DNA from: the human T2T-CHM13v2.0 reference genome, Homo sapiens
DNA length: 64,000 nucleotides
NCBI RefSeq assembly: GCF_009914755.1
Contig: NC_060932.1
Direction: 5' to 3' (one strand)
In this document: positions 42,256 to 62,766 of the stretch, one piece after another
How the letters are laid out: the number at the start of each line of letters is the position of its first letter
Numbering within the stretch: position 1 is the first letter of the stretch
Translations under genes and position numbers: made by a program
Notes under the pieces: model-generated
Databases searched by the model: none
The model's input: the letters and a program-made list of their open reading frames with translations, nothing else
Told to the model about the DNA's origin: nothing

Positions 42256-43765
42256 GATTTAATTTTTATCTTATTATTATTTCTTTTTTACCGTTAAGAG
42301 CCTTTAAATAACTTGAAGAAGAAGTGCTGGATAGTATGTTCATGATTTTTTTTCTCTACATATACACAAACTGATAAATATGGAACTATTGAATGTATAC
42401 AGGTATAAAGAATATTTCTGAAAAGTAGCATTATGTAATTTCACCCCAAGAAGTCCAACTGATGTTCTTGTAGGTCTTCTCGAAATTTCTCCTGGGAAGT
42501 TTCAAACAACTATGCCAAAGTTAGGATACAGCTTGGGAGTGGCACACCCTAAAATAAGTTTCTTATTTGTGAAAAGGAAAAAAGCCTTTCAGGATGCTTT
42601 CTACCTAGACACTGCTCAGCTGAGGGTCATTTCTTTTTGACTGTTCACATGTTCAGTGACAGGTGTACCCATGTACCCTGATGCTGGCGTCTAGGGGTCC
42701 CATGTTATTCTTCTCTGGACTTATCACTTTGGTCCTGTTTCACTGTCTTTCTACATCCTAAGTTTCATGTGTATAAAATTTGCTCATAGAACTTGTTACA
42801 TATGCAAATATCACTCTATAGCAATTTAAAAAATTGGCCTTGAGTTAAAAGTATCACCAATGAAAACAATCTCCATAACCTAATACTGAAAACAAAAGGA
42901 AGTTGCAAAATGATGAATACCATGTGATGTGATTTGATATAAAATTCAAAAAACATATAAAACATGCATATAAAAGATATATATACAAAACATATAAAAG
43001 ATATATATTTTATTGAGTGCAGACATACAAAATATGGCCACTTTGGATGATTCAGGATGGTGGTTACCTATGAACTTAAGGAGGGAAGTGGAAGCAGAGA
43101 GATTCCCACCTATTCTGCACCATCTCTGAAATGTTTCATTTCAGAATCAAATAGAAATAAAACAGACCAAAATAGTATAAACAAAATCTCTAACAAATAG
43201 GAAAATGTTCAGATTCATAAACCCAGGTGGTGGGTACATAGGGTTTTGTCATCTTATACTTTGTATATTCTAGTATAGTGAATACCTGATTAGAACAATT
43301 AATTACTTAAATGTAGATTCCTGGCTTACACTTGAGAGATTCTGGTTTGACATTTTTTGGCTGGGGCCTGGGAACCTGCCCTTTGTAAATGCCCCAGGTG
43401 ATTTTGATAAAGGAACTCCATGAAAAACATAGTGAGAAAAAACTTTTTTTTTTCACTACCTCTATCCCTCCTTTATGGCCTCACATATTAAAATCTGTTA
43501 TGTGCCTTTGTTAAAGTACTCGTATTGTGCTGGTAAGGAATATGATTGATTTCAAATCAGTAAATAAGTCCGAGGATTTCTTGAGAGCAGTCGGGCTAGT
43601 TAAAATGACTGATCAGTAAACAACAGAAATGTGTCAACAATTATTTCTAATCGGATGACTTTAAATAGATCAAGCTGTACTAGACTAAAGCAACACGATG
43701 GGATTTTTAGGAAGAGAAAAATGAGGGAACAAACTGATGGGCACCTATGAGTACCTACTTTTCTT

Positions 43766-46783
<3,018 letters not shown>

Positions 46784-46919
46784 GAGTACCTACTTTTCTT
46801 GTAGGGTCTTTCCATTAATGCTGGAATGTAGTGTGTGTCTCCAAGGATTTTCTTATGTCCTCATAATAGCATGAAAGGAGAAAGTAGGGAGGAAATTGGT
46901 AGAGACTTACGCTACAGTA

Positions 46920-47385
46920 ATTAAGTTCAATTATATGAAATTGCCAATATCTGACTATTTTTTTTAAACTTAAGTTCTGGGATACATGTGCAAACTTGCA
47001 GGTTTGTTACATAGGTATACATGTGCCATGGTGGTTTGCTGCACCTATCAACCCGTCATTTAGATTTTAAGTCTCGCATGCATTAGGTATTTGTCCTAAT
47101 GCTCTCCCTTCCCTTAACCCCCTCAACCCCTGACAGGCCCGGGTGTGTGATGTTCCCCTCCTTGTGTTCCCCTCATTGTTCAACTCTCACTTATGAGTGA
47201 GAACATGCAGTATTTGGTTTTCTGTTCCTGAGTTAGTTTGCTGAGAATGATGGCTTCCAGCTTCATCCATGTCCCTGCAAATCACATGAACACGTTCTTT
47301 TTTATGACTGCATAGTATTCTGTGGTGTATATGTGCCACATTTTCCTGACCATTTTTGACCTTTATAGTGGCTCCATATAATAAA
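46920..47385. mobile_element. MADE2-like mariner MITE split by an L1PA 3'-end insertion (about 46958-47345, minus)
   Basis: attaagttcaattatatgaaattgccaatatctgac [L1] catttttgacct...; TSD ctgac(t/c)attttt. Confidence 0.72.
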
Positions 47386-50300
47386 TGGAGTGGCAAATAC
47401 AGACTAACCTGCTTAATTTTAGGCCGTATGTATGACTAGTTTCTATGCAGTAAGCCCCATGTGGCAGAAAGACCACTATATTCTGTTTATAGGAGAAACA
47501 TCAGTTTGAGCTCTTGGACGCTTTCTCTAAACCCCTTACAGATTATACTGAGAAACTTGTATGGGTCTCTCCGGTATGGACTGATAACTGCCCATACTTC
47601 TGATTAAAAAGTTAAGGGAGTTAGCATCATAGCTGTAATTCCTCGTTAATCTTTTCTTAACCATGAAAAAGACATCATTTTTAAGTTTTCCAAAACTCGA
47701 TGACAGATCCAGAATACATGTCATTTATTTTTAACATAACTATTTCTTTCATTGAGCTCTTTTTGATGATAAGTAATCAGTATAGCTGCCTTATATTATT
47801 AAGCTTTTCTGCATATATTATCTCCTCAAGCAGTTTTTAAAGTCTACCTGAGAAAAGACTGGGCTGATGTGTCTCTGCAACCCGTAAAGTACCCAGTAGC
47901 GTCTATGCACAGAGTAGGATTCAAAAATATTTTTAAATTAATTAGCAATTATCTACTAAGTCCTAATCTTTAATAACCATCTGCATATATCTGGCAATCT
48001 CTAAAAGTCAAAGTTTGACCTGAGTCCATGGGTGAGATTAAAAAAAGTCAAAGTTCCTACGGAAAAAGCATAAACAGCTATGAGGACATTTTCTGTTTAA
48101 TGGAAGATAACTTTTCAGGTGCACTGATTAGAAAATGTGTTGGCAGTAGACTGGTTCATTGTTTGTGTCCTTGCAGGAGTTAGTCAAAACTCAAAAACGT
48201 CTTTGTGGTATAATATTTCTGAGGGAAAGGGAAATTTGAAAAATAGCCTTTTGCTTCCAAAATATTGAGGTTACTCATCCTCCAATTCCCTGAGATCATT
48301 AAGACCTGTTTGTTTGCCTTTTCCTTGTGCATAAGGAAACCAAACAATGGCTTCTTCTTTCCCAATATGGTAATAACTCTTAACCCTAATTTCTGCCTAG
48401 GGAATCTCTCTGGCACAGGGAAGAGAAATTTTTCTTTATTTACATATGTATCTAACTTGTTCTCCATATGAACTATGTACCCATGAAAGGGACCCATATG
48501 TTTCTATGGTTTTTAATTCAAATGGTCATAGTTACTAATATTCGAGTCTTCTGTGGAGTTGACTTGTACCTATTTCCCATCATGAATAGTAATTCTTTGG
48601 TTATCAATTGTATAAGTACAAATAAAACTATGACTGATAAATCTTTTGAGTCAGAGAGCTTAAGAAAAATATTAAACAGACTTTTAAAATGAGTTTGGGA
48701 TTCAGGATTCCTTAAAATATTATGTTTTGAAGGGTATATATAGCATATATATTTAATGAGGTTTAAACTAATACCTCAAAGTAATCTTTCTGTGTTTTCA
48801 AAAGATGAGGTTTAAGACAATACAGTATTACTGTTCTCAGAAGCCCATGGTAGATGAAATGGTGTTTAGTGATAAAATTATATTATTTTCATATGAGAGA
48901 ACCAGACCACAAAGTAGTAAAAGTAGTATTTCAACACTAGAAAGGAATTCAGAGATTGCTTTTTTTTTTTCTTACCAATGAGTATGTTGTCTACATAATA
49001 TAGTAATATTAATAAATGATTGGCTTCCTAGGTTTTGACTGCAGGAGTGGGGAGCTGGAGAGAAGGTTAAAACATATCCTAGAAAACTCTGCACGTTTAC
49101 TGCATACATTAGGTGACAAATGGGTGTTGTGCCAGTGTAAGTCTCTTTGAATGTTTTAGTTAATCTTGGAGCAAATTTGTCACTTCTTTCATTAGTTCTG
49201 GTTAAAGGGAGGGTGCTGGGGTTTATTTTCTTTTATTTTTTCTTTCTATATCGAGCAACTATTAGATCAATAATATAGTATACACAAGAGATAAATAAAT
49301 CCTCTCTTAAGGAGTTGATACTACATCTGGTGGATCAACATGCAAACAACCAGCTAAAAAAAAAAAGGAATGCGTCCAGTGTTTGAGCAAAGTGCTATTA
49401 AAGCAAACAAAACAAAAAGATTCTGATTGGGTGATATGGCCCAGGGTCAGCTTCATAGAGAAGACAATTACATTGAGCCTTGAATTTGAGTAAAATGGAA
49501 GGAAGGAAGCCATGGAAGCGCATGGTGTGATGGGAAATCACAGGGCATAGACATATTAACAAAATAGGTGTAGAATTCTGAAGGAGTTGGGGGGTGATGT
49601 AAGACTCTAGCTCTAGCTCAGTTCTTATTGCAAAGCACAGTGAAAGGCACAACTAAACACAAAAGAGTCGCTGAATTGAATTGATTTTTGCAGGTTTGCC
49701 TTGTCTACCAAGTTTGGCATGCATGTCTTTCTATTTTTCTCTTCACTCACCATTTGTCTTTTCCAGGTCTTCATTATTATATTTTTAGAAGGAAATAAAT
49801 GCATTTTTGTAAAATTATATTGAAAGTGGAAAAATAAAATGAACATTTTCTGCTCTTCCTGTGATCCCTACTACCTCACAGGGCCATCTTTGCAGGAGAC
49901 ATGTACTGGCATAGTATCGCCCTTATTTGTTTCAAGGTGAACCTAAATTTGCCATTTAAGTGATTTGGAGAAGTAGACTTGTTTTATAAGCTGATGGGGA
50001 GGGATCTTTGCTAGGATGGTATAGTTTCATCTCTCTGTTATTTGTGGATAATCCTTGATTCTTAGTATTGAAGAAAGAATGAATTATAATACTAATTATA
50101 ATTATAAGAAGTATTAGTATCTTCAGTACTAAGGAGTATTAATACTATGATTAATTGCTAGGCATTTCCTAAACATTCTGTGACCATTTAAACAGAAATC
50201 GGATTTCTGCTCTGATGTGTGCCATTGCTGAATTTGATAAAATTCTTATTTACATTTTATTCAACCACAGATGTTTACTGATGACTAAAAGGGCAAATAC

Positions 50301-50773
50301 ATGAGAAAGTATAGATCTTTTAACAGATCCTGTCACCATTAGTAATAAAATAATTCAAAATCCGTGTTCTTCTCTTTAGAACAATTTAAAGAAAAGGCTG
50401 AATATTTTTATTCTAAACGTCCTTGTGGACTGAAAGCTCTGATCCATTACAGACTCAGAAGGCCCATCCGAGGGGAAAATAAGAATTATGATCTCATTAT
50501 TTTTAAGATTCTGTTATTTGCTCAGCAAAACGTAATCCAAATGTGCATTTTACTACAGCTATAAAAATAGAAAGTAAATTAAACAATCCTAAGAAATGTC
50601 TTTATTCTATTTAATGGAATTTTAAGGGGATGTTTCCTTATGCTATTGAAAACAAAAACACAGCAACAGTGTTCTGGCAGACTGTCCTCACAAACTTTGG
50701 AAATTAAAGCAAAACAAAATAACTCATTGTCCTACCTGGAAAAAATAGAAATAATGATAAAAATAAAAATCAA

Positions 50774-51413
<640 letters not shown>

Positions 51414-52316
51414 CAAAATTAGTAATTTAATAAAATGAAGCTACTTTGAGTATTTATCGCAATCTCTGTGCTTAGTACATAATGTACCAATGCATATGGA
51501 ATATAAATGGCTATAAATATGATCATATGCATTTATTGCTAAATATTGACAGGAAGTAAGTGCTGAGAATTCTATGACTTTTTTTTCACATGCCATGTGT
51601 CCAGGAATATTGTTTTGAAACCCTGCTAAGTATTTAGGATATGCTTCTCTTTCCAAGTTCCTAGAACACAATGTGCAGTAAAAAAAAAAAAGGGTCATTA
51701 TCTCTCAGGGAAATATGCAAGCTCCATAAATGCACGAGTCAAGCGGCTGTTTCCCACAAACTCTTCGGCTCCTCTTGAGCACAGGATGGGAAGAAAAATC
51801 CTCTAGAAAATTAACCACATGTTAGTGTTGAAACGTTGCCAGGAACACAGACAGCCCTGGAGGGTTAGTTGCATATCAATATTGATGGAGCCATGTGGCA
51901 GGGCAAGAAAATGGCACATCTTGCTCTCAGAGTTCACAGGACTGAGTATTTTTATTTAGATGAAAAGGAAAACTTGGAAAACAAACAGCAGTGGGAATGA
52001 TGCTGCTAACACTCACTGTCTGACATCTTCAAGACTAATATACGGTGATAGAATGGTTCGCTTTCTCTATCAGTCTCATTTAAAGAAGTCCCTGGGAGGC
52101 AGAGAGACTGTATTTGGCAGAAGGGGAGAGGGATGTTATAAAGCCTACCTGATAAGTGAGACTGTTGCATTTTATGGACATTTTTGAAGTATTGAGTCAA
52201 TATCATTATTATACTGTGTCATAGCAAAAAAAAATCACATTATCATGGTCAAACTGATTGTAGTTTAATGTATATAAAGCAAAACCAACTTCCTCCTCCC
52301 CACTAAAAACTATTTT

Positions 52317-52667
52317 TCTGTTTTTAAAATGTAAAATTTTTATTTTTGGGGTGATAGGGTCTCACTGTTGCCTGGGCTGTAGTGCAGTGGCACAATCATA
52401 GCTCACTGTAGCCTTGACCTCCTGGGCTCAGGCTCAAGTGATTGTCCTCTATTTAGAACAAGTTAAAGAAAGGTCTGAAGGCCTCAGCCTCCTGAGTAGG
52501 TGGTACCACAGGCATGCACCACCACATCTGGCTAGTCTTTTTATTTTTTGTAGGGACAGGGTCTGGGTATGTTGCCCAGGCTGCTCTCGAACTCCTAGGT
52601 TCAGGCAATCCTCCTGCCTTGCCCTCTCAAAGTGCTGGAATTACAGGTGTGAGCCACCCTGTATGGC
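52317..52667 (-). mobile_element. AluJ carrying a 30-bp non-Alu insert
   Basis: AluJ pattern interrupted by atttagaacaagttaaagaaaggtctgaag at 52451-52480. Confidence 0.82.
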
Positions 52668-55600
52668 AATTATTATTATTATTATTATTTTGGCAAGGAA
52701 GAATCTGATTGGATACAAATTGAAAAGATGTCCATGCTTAATATTCCAAATATTGTCTCTTAAATGACAGTCAGTTTTCTTTTGATATAGGGAAATTATA
52801 GTCATTATGAATATAAACACCTGACATCAAAGTTGGCAAGTGGTAGATACTCCACAAATACTTTTCTTCTCCTTTATTTTCTAAGCCTTAATAGTATTCT
52901 CTAAATCACACACTTGTGCTACATAGATGCACACGTTTTTATTACTAGTAGCAGCTACCATTGTACTAGTAATTGAATACCAATATCTTTTAGTTATCTG
53001 AATAGTTACCTCTGTATTTTAATAAATACCTTCTTTTTATCTCAGATAAAACCCTTGACACTCTAAATTCAAATGAACCTCAGTTTTAGTCTGTTTGCCT
53101 CCTTTCTCACCCTGTGCCATCTTTTCTCAGAAGGTCCCAGAATTTAAAGCTCAAGTGAGAATTGACACCATCAAAAGTGTCCTCGTCTTTAAGCAAATAT
53201 GACAATTGAGACTTAGTAGGGGCAACATAGATTTAGAAATCAGTCCTTCTTCCTCGCAGATCTGTGTTCTTTCCATTTTTCTATGTTCTTCATATTTCCT
53301 CAGGGTTCCTGTGTTTATAGTCCCATTGCCTCGTTCTTATATATATATATTTTCCTTCTCTTCTTTAAAATTGCCTACATTTGTCTCTCATCCTAGGAGA
53401 TCCTCCAGTTTTTGCTGCAATCATTAGAGCTTACCTCAAGATTGCTTTCAATGATGCTCTACTGGAAAAATTTGTCATATCACGAGTTTTTGTTAATGTT
53501 GTCAAGTTTAAGCCTATAACTTGCCGTGCTTAAGTATGAATCCCCCTGGCTTTTGTCTGATGCAGGTGTGGCCCATTTTTCAACCTGTACTTTGGGAGTT
53601 CCTGCTGTTTGCTGATTCCACACTCCTTGCCTTGTTTTGTTTTGTCATTTTAGAAATGTGTCTTTTACACATTTGTCTTCATACAAATGTATGTGGGGCT
53701 CTTGGCTCTCTCCCTGCCTACTCAATTCCATGCCCCACTGTACGGTTAATGCCCCAGCTTTGCAGTTGTTTTCCCAAACTGTCATTGACTATCAATGCAT
53801 TGCCCCATGCCTCCAAGATTTTCCCACAGTTCTCTGTCCAACTCGGCTCATGGGGCTCTGTCCCGACACTGGCTCATTCTGTTCTGTCCTCCTGGATGTC
53901 TCCAGGACAGCAGCTCCAGTCCTGAGGCTCCCCCTAGTCTCCACCCATTTCTCCTTTCCTTGACCCTGCATCATCATTCTAGTGAGAGCCATATAATTTC
54001 ACACCAATTCTTTCCCATTGTACAGAATTACATTTTCTTAACATAGATGAAGATTTAAAAGCATCCCTGGATCTGTTTCTGTCTCTGTTAGCTTCAACTC
54101 TATGCTGCTTTTCAGCTCAGCAGTCACCTCTTCCTCCTCTACCTCGAAATATTTGATTCATTCTCCATGGGATAATTGGTCCCCCTCTCTCTGTGACTTC
54201 TTTCTCAATCCCACTTCCCGTGGAATTACTCAGTCTTTTGTACTGTACCTTGGGCCCCTTGTTCTCATGGCAATTATAGTCATATATGTCTATCTTCACC
54301 CCAAAATGTGAGGTCCTTGAGATTAAAAAATGAATCTTAAACCTTTACATTGCATGCTTTTATTCTGAGCCTTCTACAATTTCTGCCTCATTTCTTTATT
54401 AGACTGAAGCTCTGGGATGCAGGAATGATGTCTTCTTCTGACTTTGTACCTCTCACAGAACCAAATAAAATGTTAGGCATATAGTGGTCATTCCACACTC
54501 TGACTGCTTGACCATCTGGCCAGAAATCCAGTTACGGTGTTCCAGTTTGCTTGCAGAGAGACAACATCCTCTGTGCAGGTGGCTTCGGGGAGCAGGGGAA
54601 GGGCTATGATGAAAGTTGAGGGCTTGGGAATGAAAGGCATTTTGTTTTGCTTGGGAGTCTTAATCTCAGTCTTTCCAGGCTTTTGTATGGGCGTGTGTTG
54701 TACTAGTGTAAAAAGATAAGGTGGCAAAAGAGAACAGAGGAATGGGAGGTGCAAGTACCTTCACTGGGTCCACAGACATCATGGCATGGCAAGAGACGCT
54801 GTGTGCCCTGATACAATCATAAATTCATTTCAAGCATACATGTGGGTTTATATTAATATTTCAAAAATGTTATTGTGAGGATGTTAGTAGAGGATTTTCA
54901 CTTTAATTTTAATAGGCATGGCTTGAGAGGAATGTTTGAATAATCAAATCAATTTTCAAAAATTCTGTTTTCTACGATTTTTAACTTTTATAAGTTTTTA
55001 CTGAATCATTATGATATCTGTTAGCAAACTGAAAGCTTTGAGAGCTCCTAAAGAAGAATATTTAGTTTGATTTAACCAATCATTTCTCGAACATATCTGA
55101 GCATAAGATCCTTTTATCTATTGTTTTGTTTTTATTTCACAGAACACTAGTTCGGGAAATGGTGACCCAGCTGCTCCAGGGTGACTTGAGTTCAGAAGAA
55201 AAGATATGCCTCGGGAGATTGTAGGGTACACTCTTTCCATCTGTTGAGTCTCTGAGAGTTAAAAACCTATGCAAGATGGATTTTTTTTGCCATTTAACGT
55301 GATGGGATATGGTGGAACTACATGCTTGCTGTGACTCCTTTGTGTTTTTCTCAATGTATACCATTTTAGGTGGCCCGAGGGTGTTCTTGAAAACGTAGAA
55401 CTAATTCTTCAAAGAGTATTTATACAGTAACCCAATTATAGAAGAGACCTAAGTAGACTCTGATCAGGCTACAGGGCAACCTGGTGGGGTGAGAGAAGGC
55501 ATAATCTCTGCCTAAATAAGTTCCGTAGAATCATTAGAAAACCACTGGATTCAGTGATCTCTAAGGTATTTTATGACTCTAGAGACATTGACCTTAGTTA

Positions 55601-55699
55601 TTAGATAAACTCTGATGGTTTACGATTAAAGGGATGAACAAAACATGACCTAGAAATACAATTATAAGATAAAATCTACATTCCTCAATGGCGTTTAAG

Positions 55700-56880
55700 G
55701 TGTGGTTTATCAAACACCTGTATCAGAAACACTGTGGTTCTTTTTAGCAATACAGATCATAGGTCTTCTCCAAGGCCTACCAAATCATAGTGGAAGAGAC
55801 CTGGCCATTTGCAGTTTATCAAATCCCTTAGATGATTCTTAAACATATTAAAGTTTGAAAACCAGTGATGTAGAGCAGTGATTTAAAATAGAAGTGCATA
55901 GAAGGATAAACTGTTGAGTTTTATGCAATGTAAGTATCTGGCCACTATCCCCATACGGTCTGATTTAATAAATTTGGGATAAAGTCTAGGCATCCATACT
56001 TAAAAACAAACAAAAAACTTTTTGTAGTGATTTGTAGTCGTTGAAAACCACGGATATAGTGTAGGGAGAAGTAAAATACAAAAAGCTTAGATGTACAGCT
56101 ACTGTCATCATGCAGCAGCAAGTTTGGCATTGAGCTTCCTAGCAGTGAAAGCAAAAAAGGGAAAGTTTTATCCTATGTATCTTTTGCCATGCCCATGTCA
56201 GTGCAGGGAACATAGTGATACTCAGTAAGTATATTTTTATTTATTGGCAGCAACCTTGCATTTCTTGTTAGTATCTATTTGGATAGAATCTCTAGATTTT
56301 AAATAATTCTTCTTGCTCAGACAGACACACAAACAAATTTTCAGCTACGTATAACTTAAAGAATGCCAAAATATTTGTTTGGAAAACATGCTGATATTTA
56401 ATAATGCATACTTTAATGTAGTTACTGAGTAACAGAAAATTCAAAGGTTAAATCCACATTTGTTTTTGATATCTTTAAGTTATTCATATCATATTTAAAT
56501 GCTATCTGATATTTGCGTGTGCATATAGGTGGTTCTTAACCATGACTAAACATTAGATTCACCTCGAATCACCTTAAGAAATCCTTTTAAAAAATTATGG
56601 TACCTAGGCCACACCCTGGAACAATTATAGTATTCAGAATCTGTGGGAATGGTATATAGGCATCAGTATTTTATAAAATTCTCTAAGTTAGTCCAAAGGA
56701 AAGCCAAGGTTCCTGCTTAGATCAATAGTTCTCAAATTGGAGAGCGCATGAGTCTTCTGGGAGTTTGTTGAAAGGCAAATTCCCTTCCTCCCTGCAACTG
56801 AGATTCTGATCCAATAGGTTTATCTGAATTTCACATGTGATTGTGCCATTAGTGGCCTTTGAGAAACAAAGGCCTTTGAA
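55700..56880. mobile_element. Cluster of MER5-like hAT-Charlie relics (about 55700-55870, 56525-56720, 56720-56880)
   Basis: tatcagaaacactg...atgattctt...taaagtttgaaaacca; tagttctcaaattggag...gagattctgatccaataggt. Confidence 0.55.
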
Positions 56881-57763
56881 AAAAATCAAATAGATCCTAA
56901 AAAGAAATCCAAAAGTAAATGGTACGAGAAGTAAATATGTGATCATTATTTCCAATGTTGCTTAATTACCATTTACTAGTAAACATGGTTATTGGAGACC
57001 TTTCATCTGTGATGGTTGTCAGGTGATGATTACATATTAGAGTCCAAGAAGCTATTGCCCTCATTTTCATTCTTTTGAAAAAAATGATTTTTAGGTTATA
57101 TTTTGTGGTGGTGCTCACTGTCTTCCTTTTTTCTGCAGTACTTTTGAAGGTGAAAAGGGAACACACTTTCAACTTGAAAACATAGTTTCTCCATTGAATA
57201 AAAAGATTGGAACATTTACCTGAAAAGTGTTGCTTTAGGAAATTTGGTAATTAATTTAAAAATCTAGACAATGGGAAGGCTGAAAAGAATCAACATTTAT
57301 TTCTTGGTTAAAATTCTAAATCTAAAAGCAAAATGTTTATAAATCACAGAATTTTACAAACTACTAGATTTGTAAATTGCATTTTATTGCTGCTAAATTT
57401 CCAATAATAGATTATATTATGCTTGAATAATTACTGAGGCAGAAATATATTCACAATACATTTTGAAGTTTAAAAGAGTTATAACATGGCATGTATGGCT
57501 AATTGCTATCCTATGAAGTCGCATGAAACATATTGAAAAATTGAAAACAACAAATGAGAATAATCTATAAAATGCATAAGTGCTTCTTCCATGTCAGTCA
57601 ACTGAGGGTTTATTAAGCTATGGCATGAGTTTGAGCTCTTTAGGTTGTCCTTCTCAGAAACACTATTCAAAGTAGCTTAAGCAAAAAAGAAAATGTATTG
57701 GTGACATAACTGAGAAGTCCAAGAGGATGACTGAGGCACAGATGTGTTCAAGAATCAAGCATT

Positions 57764-58162
<399 letters not shown>

Positions 58163-60386
58163 TCAATGCCATGGCAAATATGGCTACCTGAAATTCAAGA
58201 CATACATCTGCTTTAGAAAGAATGTTCTGAGAAAAAAGAAAAAAAAATCATGTGTAATTGTGGTCAGGGGGATACGGACTGATGGGTTAGAACGGGTGAT
58301 ATGCTTACCTATCTGTAGGGCTTGGGAAAGGGAACGTGGGTGGGGAAGTGGGGTGGCAAGTGGAGGATAGGGGCCATGAAAGTGACAGCCTCCTAAAGCT
58401 GAGTAGAGCAGATGGAGACATAAAAAGATTCAGGACAGATAAAAGGTAATAGTTTTCTTGCAGTAATTTATATAGAAAATAAGTCCAAAGAAAGAAATAT
58501 TTTTCTACCAGATCTTAGAAATTCATATGTGACATTTTATCACAACTCTTGTATTTGTTTATATTCATGCCAGTGGTTTTCTGCTTCTCTATCAAATCTC
58601 CTGTTGAAAAGAAGAAAATATCTATTTATTGGAAAGTATTCTTTGGTTGATATTTGAAAATGATGGAGCAAATCAAACAAAATCTAAAATCACACAATTT
58701 CAACATCCTCACCAAAATATATCTATTTTCACACAAAGTATCATCATGAACTCAATAATGTATTATATTGAAAATGAGACCTAACTATAGGCAACTTCAG
58801 AACAGATATTTATTGCATGTCCTTGACTATGGAAAATACTAATGAAAGATATCCTAAATAAATGGTAGACATGGGAATGGTGATCTAATTTGAGAGCAAA
58901 ACATGCACCTAAGAAAAATTAAAATGTGAACAGTGATAAAACAATATATCATTAAGCGCTAAATGATACAATACATCTTATATGCACTCATGCTAATGGA
59001 GACATTCGAATTCTTATTTTAATCGTACAATATTATAACTCATATACACATAACAGGTTTATTTTCATTTTATCGAACATCATTGGAGAAATATTAAATT
59101 CTTTGCACTAAGAAAGGCAATACTCTAAATCAATTTTAAGGTTGATTTTTGCTTTACACCCATGGAGGCTGGAAAATCTCTTCTGCCCATAGGAAGAGGA
59201 GTAGGGAACGTGTAAAGTGCCTCAGTGAAAAAGCAGGTGAGAAAAAGACTCAAATGTTATTCAGTTTTGGCAACTAGGAGATGACTAGTGACATTTTTAA
59301 GTGTAGTTCCAGTAGAGTGGTGAAGATATAAGACAGAGTCACATGAAGTCTACTCAGGAGGTGAGAAAATGAAGACAGTGACATTAGACTGCGCTGACAA
59401 GGAGCTGGCCTGAGAAGGGAAACACTTTCAAGAGTAGCTGCTGTGTGGTGCTCTACTGCTGGGGAATTGTGCTGCTGTCCTGCTGGAGGAGGTTCCTCTC
59501 TTCCTTTTTTTTTTTTTTTTTTTTTTCCTTTTTCAAACATAGGGGAGAGAGAATCTAACTTGTAAGTTGAAGAAAAGAGTCAGTTTGGAAGGAACAGTTA
59601 TTGATAGCACAGACATTTGGAAAGAACGATGGAGTAAAGCCACTGAAAACTGTAGGATGAGATGAGATGCAAAGTACAGGATGTGTTAGCTATTGAAGAG
59701 AACAGGCATTCCTATTCCATGAAGCCTAAGAAGAATTTATGAAAAAATGTGCACATTTGTGAGGAGAGGACAGGGACTTGAAGGAGTTTTTTGACCCATG
59801 ACTCTAGTTTCTCTTTGATAAAAATGGCGAGGCTCTTACTGAAAATGTGTAAGGGTGTTCTGGGGCTCAGTAAGGCTTAATGGGCAGGATGAAAGAAATC
59901 TTTGGAATAGGGTTTGGGGACTGTCACATTTCCACAGTGGAAACTTCTATTAAGGTAGTTACAGATCAAGAAAAAGCATGGATTAACAGCTAAACTTACC
60001 TAAACCAATCACAAATGCCTGTCTCATATGTAAAAAGTTAACAACCAAGTTGGCTTTTCCAATTAATGGTCAGTCAAATGTTTAAAAAGTGATAAATCCA
60101 ACTATAAGTTCCACAAGTCTCTAACTTTCTTCCTCAAAGTGGCAAGAAACTGATTTTTAAAAGAAATTTCTGAAACTCACAGACTGAAATGAGATTATGC
60201 AATTATAGGTAGGCTGATATCTTTAATTATGTACAATGTCAGGTGTTTTTGTCCTATAAATTTTGACATGCTCTGTTGACTCAATTATATCTCTCTTTTG
60301 GGAACACATACTGAAAAAAATGGCAACAATTTTTTCCAAATACACTGTGTTCATTCCAGAGGAAAAGAAAAAGTGGATGTTCCTAA

Positions 60387-60795
<409 letters not shown>

Positions 60796-61147
60796 TGAGG
60801 ATGATGTCATAACTAGCTAACAATAGAGGTGAGATGGAACAGTGAGTTCTAAACCACTGCTCTTTTTATCAGATAACTCTCTATAACCCAAGATGTCACT
60901 GCTCTAGATTTTAAACATATGCAGTATGAAGAAAACCAGTAATTTGAGTTTCTCCATTTCAATTCACAAAGTTTATTAGTGTTTTCTTTGGAGCTGTAAA
61001 AACGTGCAGGCATGACAGTTAGTATTGAGAATGTGTGTGTGTGTGTGTGTTCATGCACATGTGTGTATGTATATGTTTAAGAGAGAAAGCAAGAGGCACA
61101 AAGAAGGATTTGGCTGGGGACCTAGGTTAAGTGTTGGCAAGGTGACT

Positions 61148-62766
<1,619 letters not shown>

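Noticed and set aside
55361-55370. Perfect CArG box CCATTTTAGG
   Set aside because: Several are expected by chance in 64 kb of AT-rich DNA; no supporting context.
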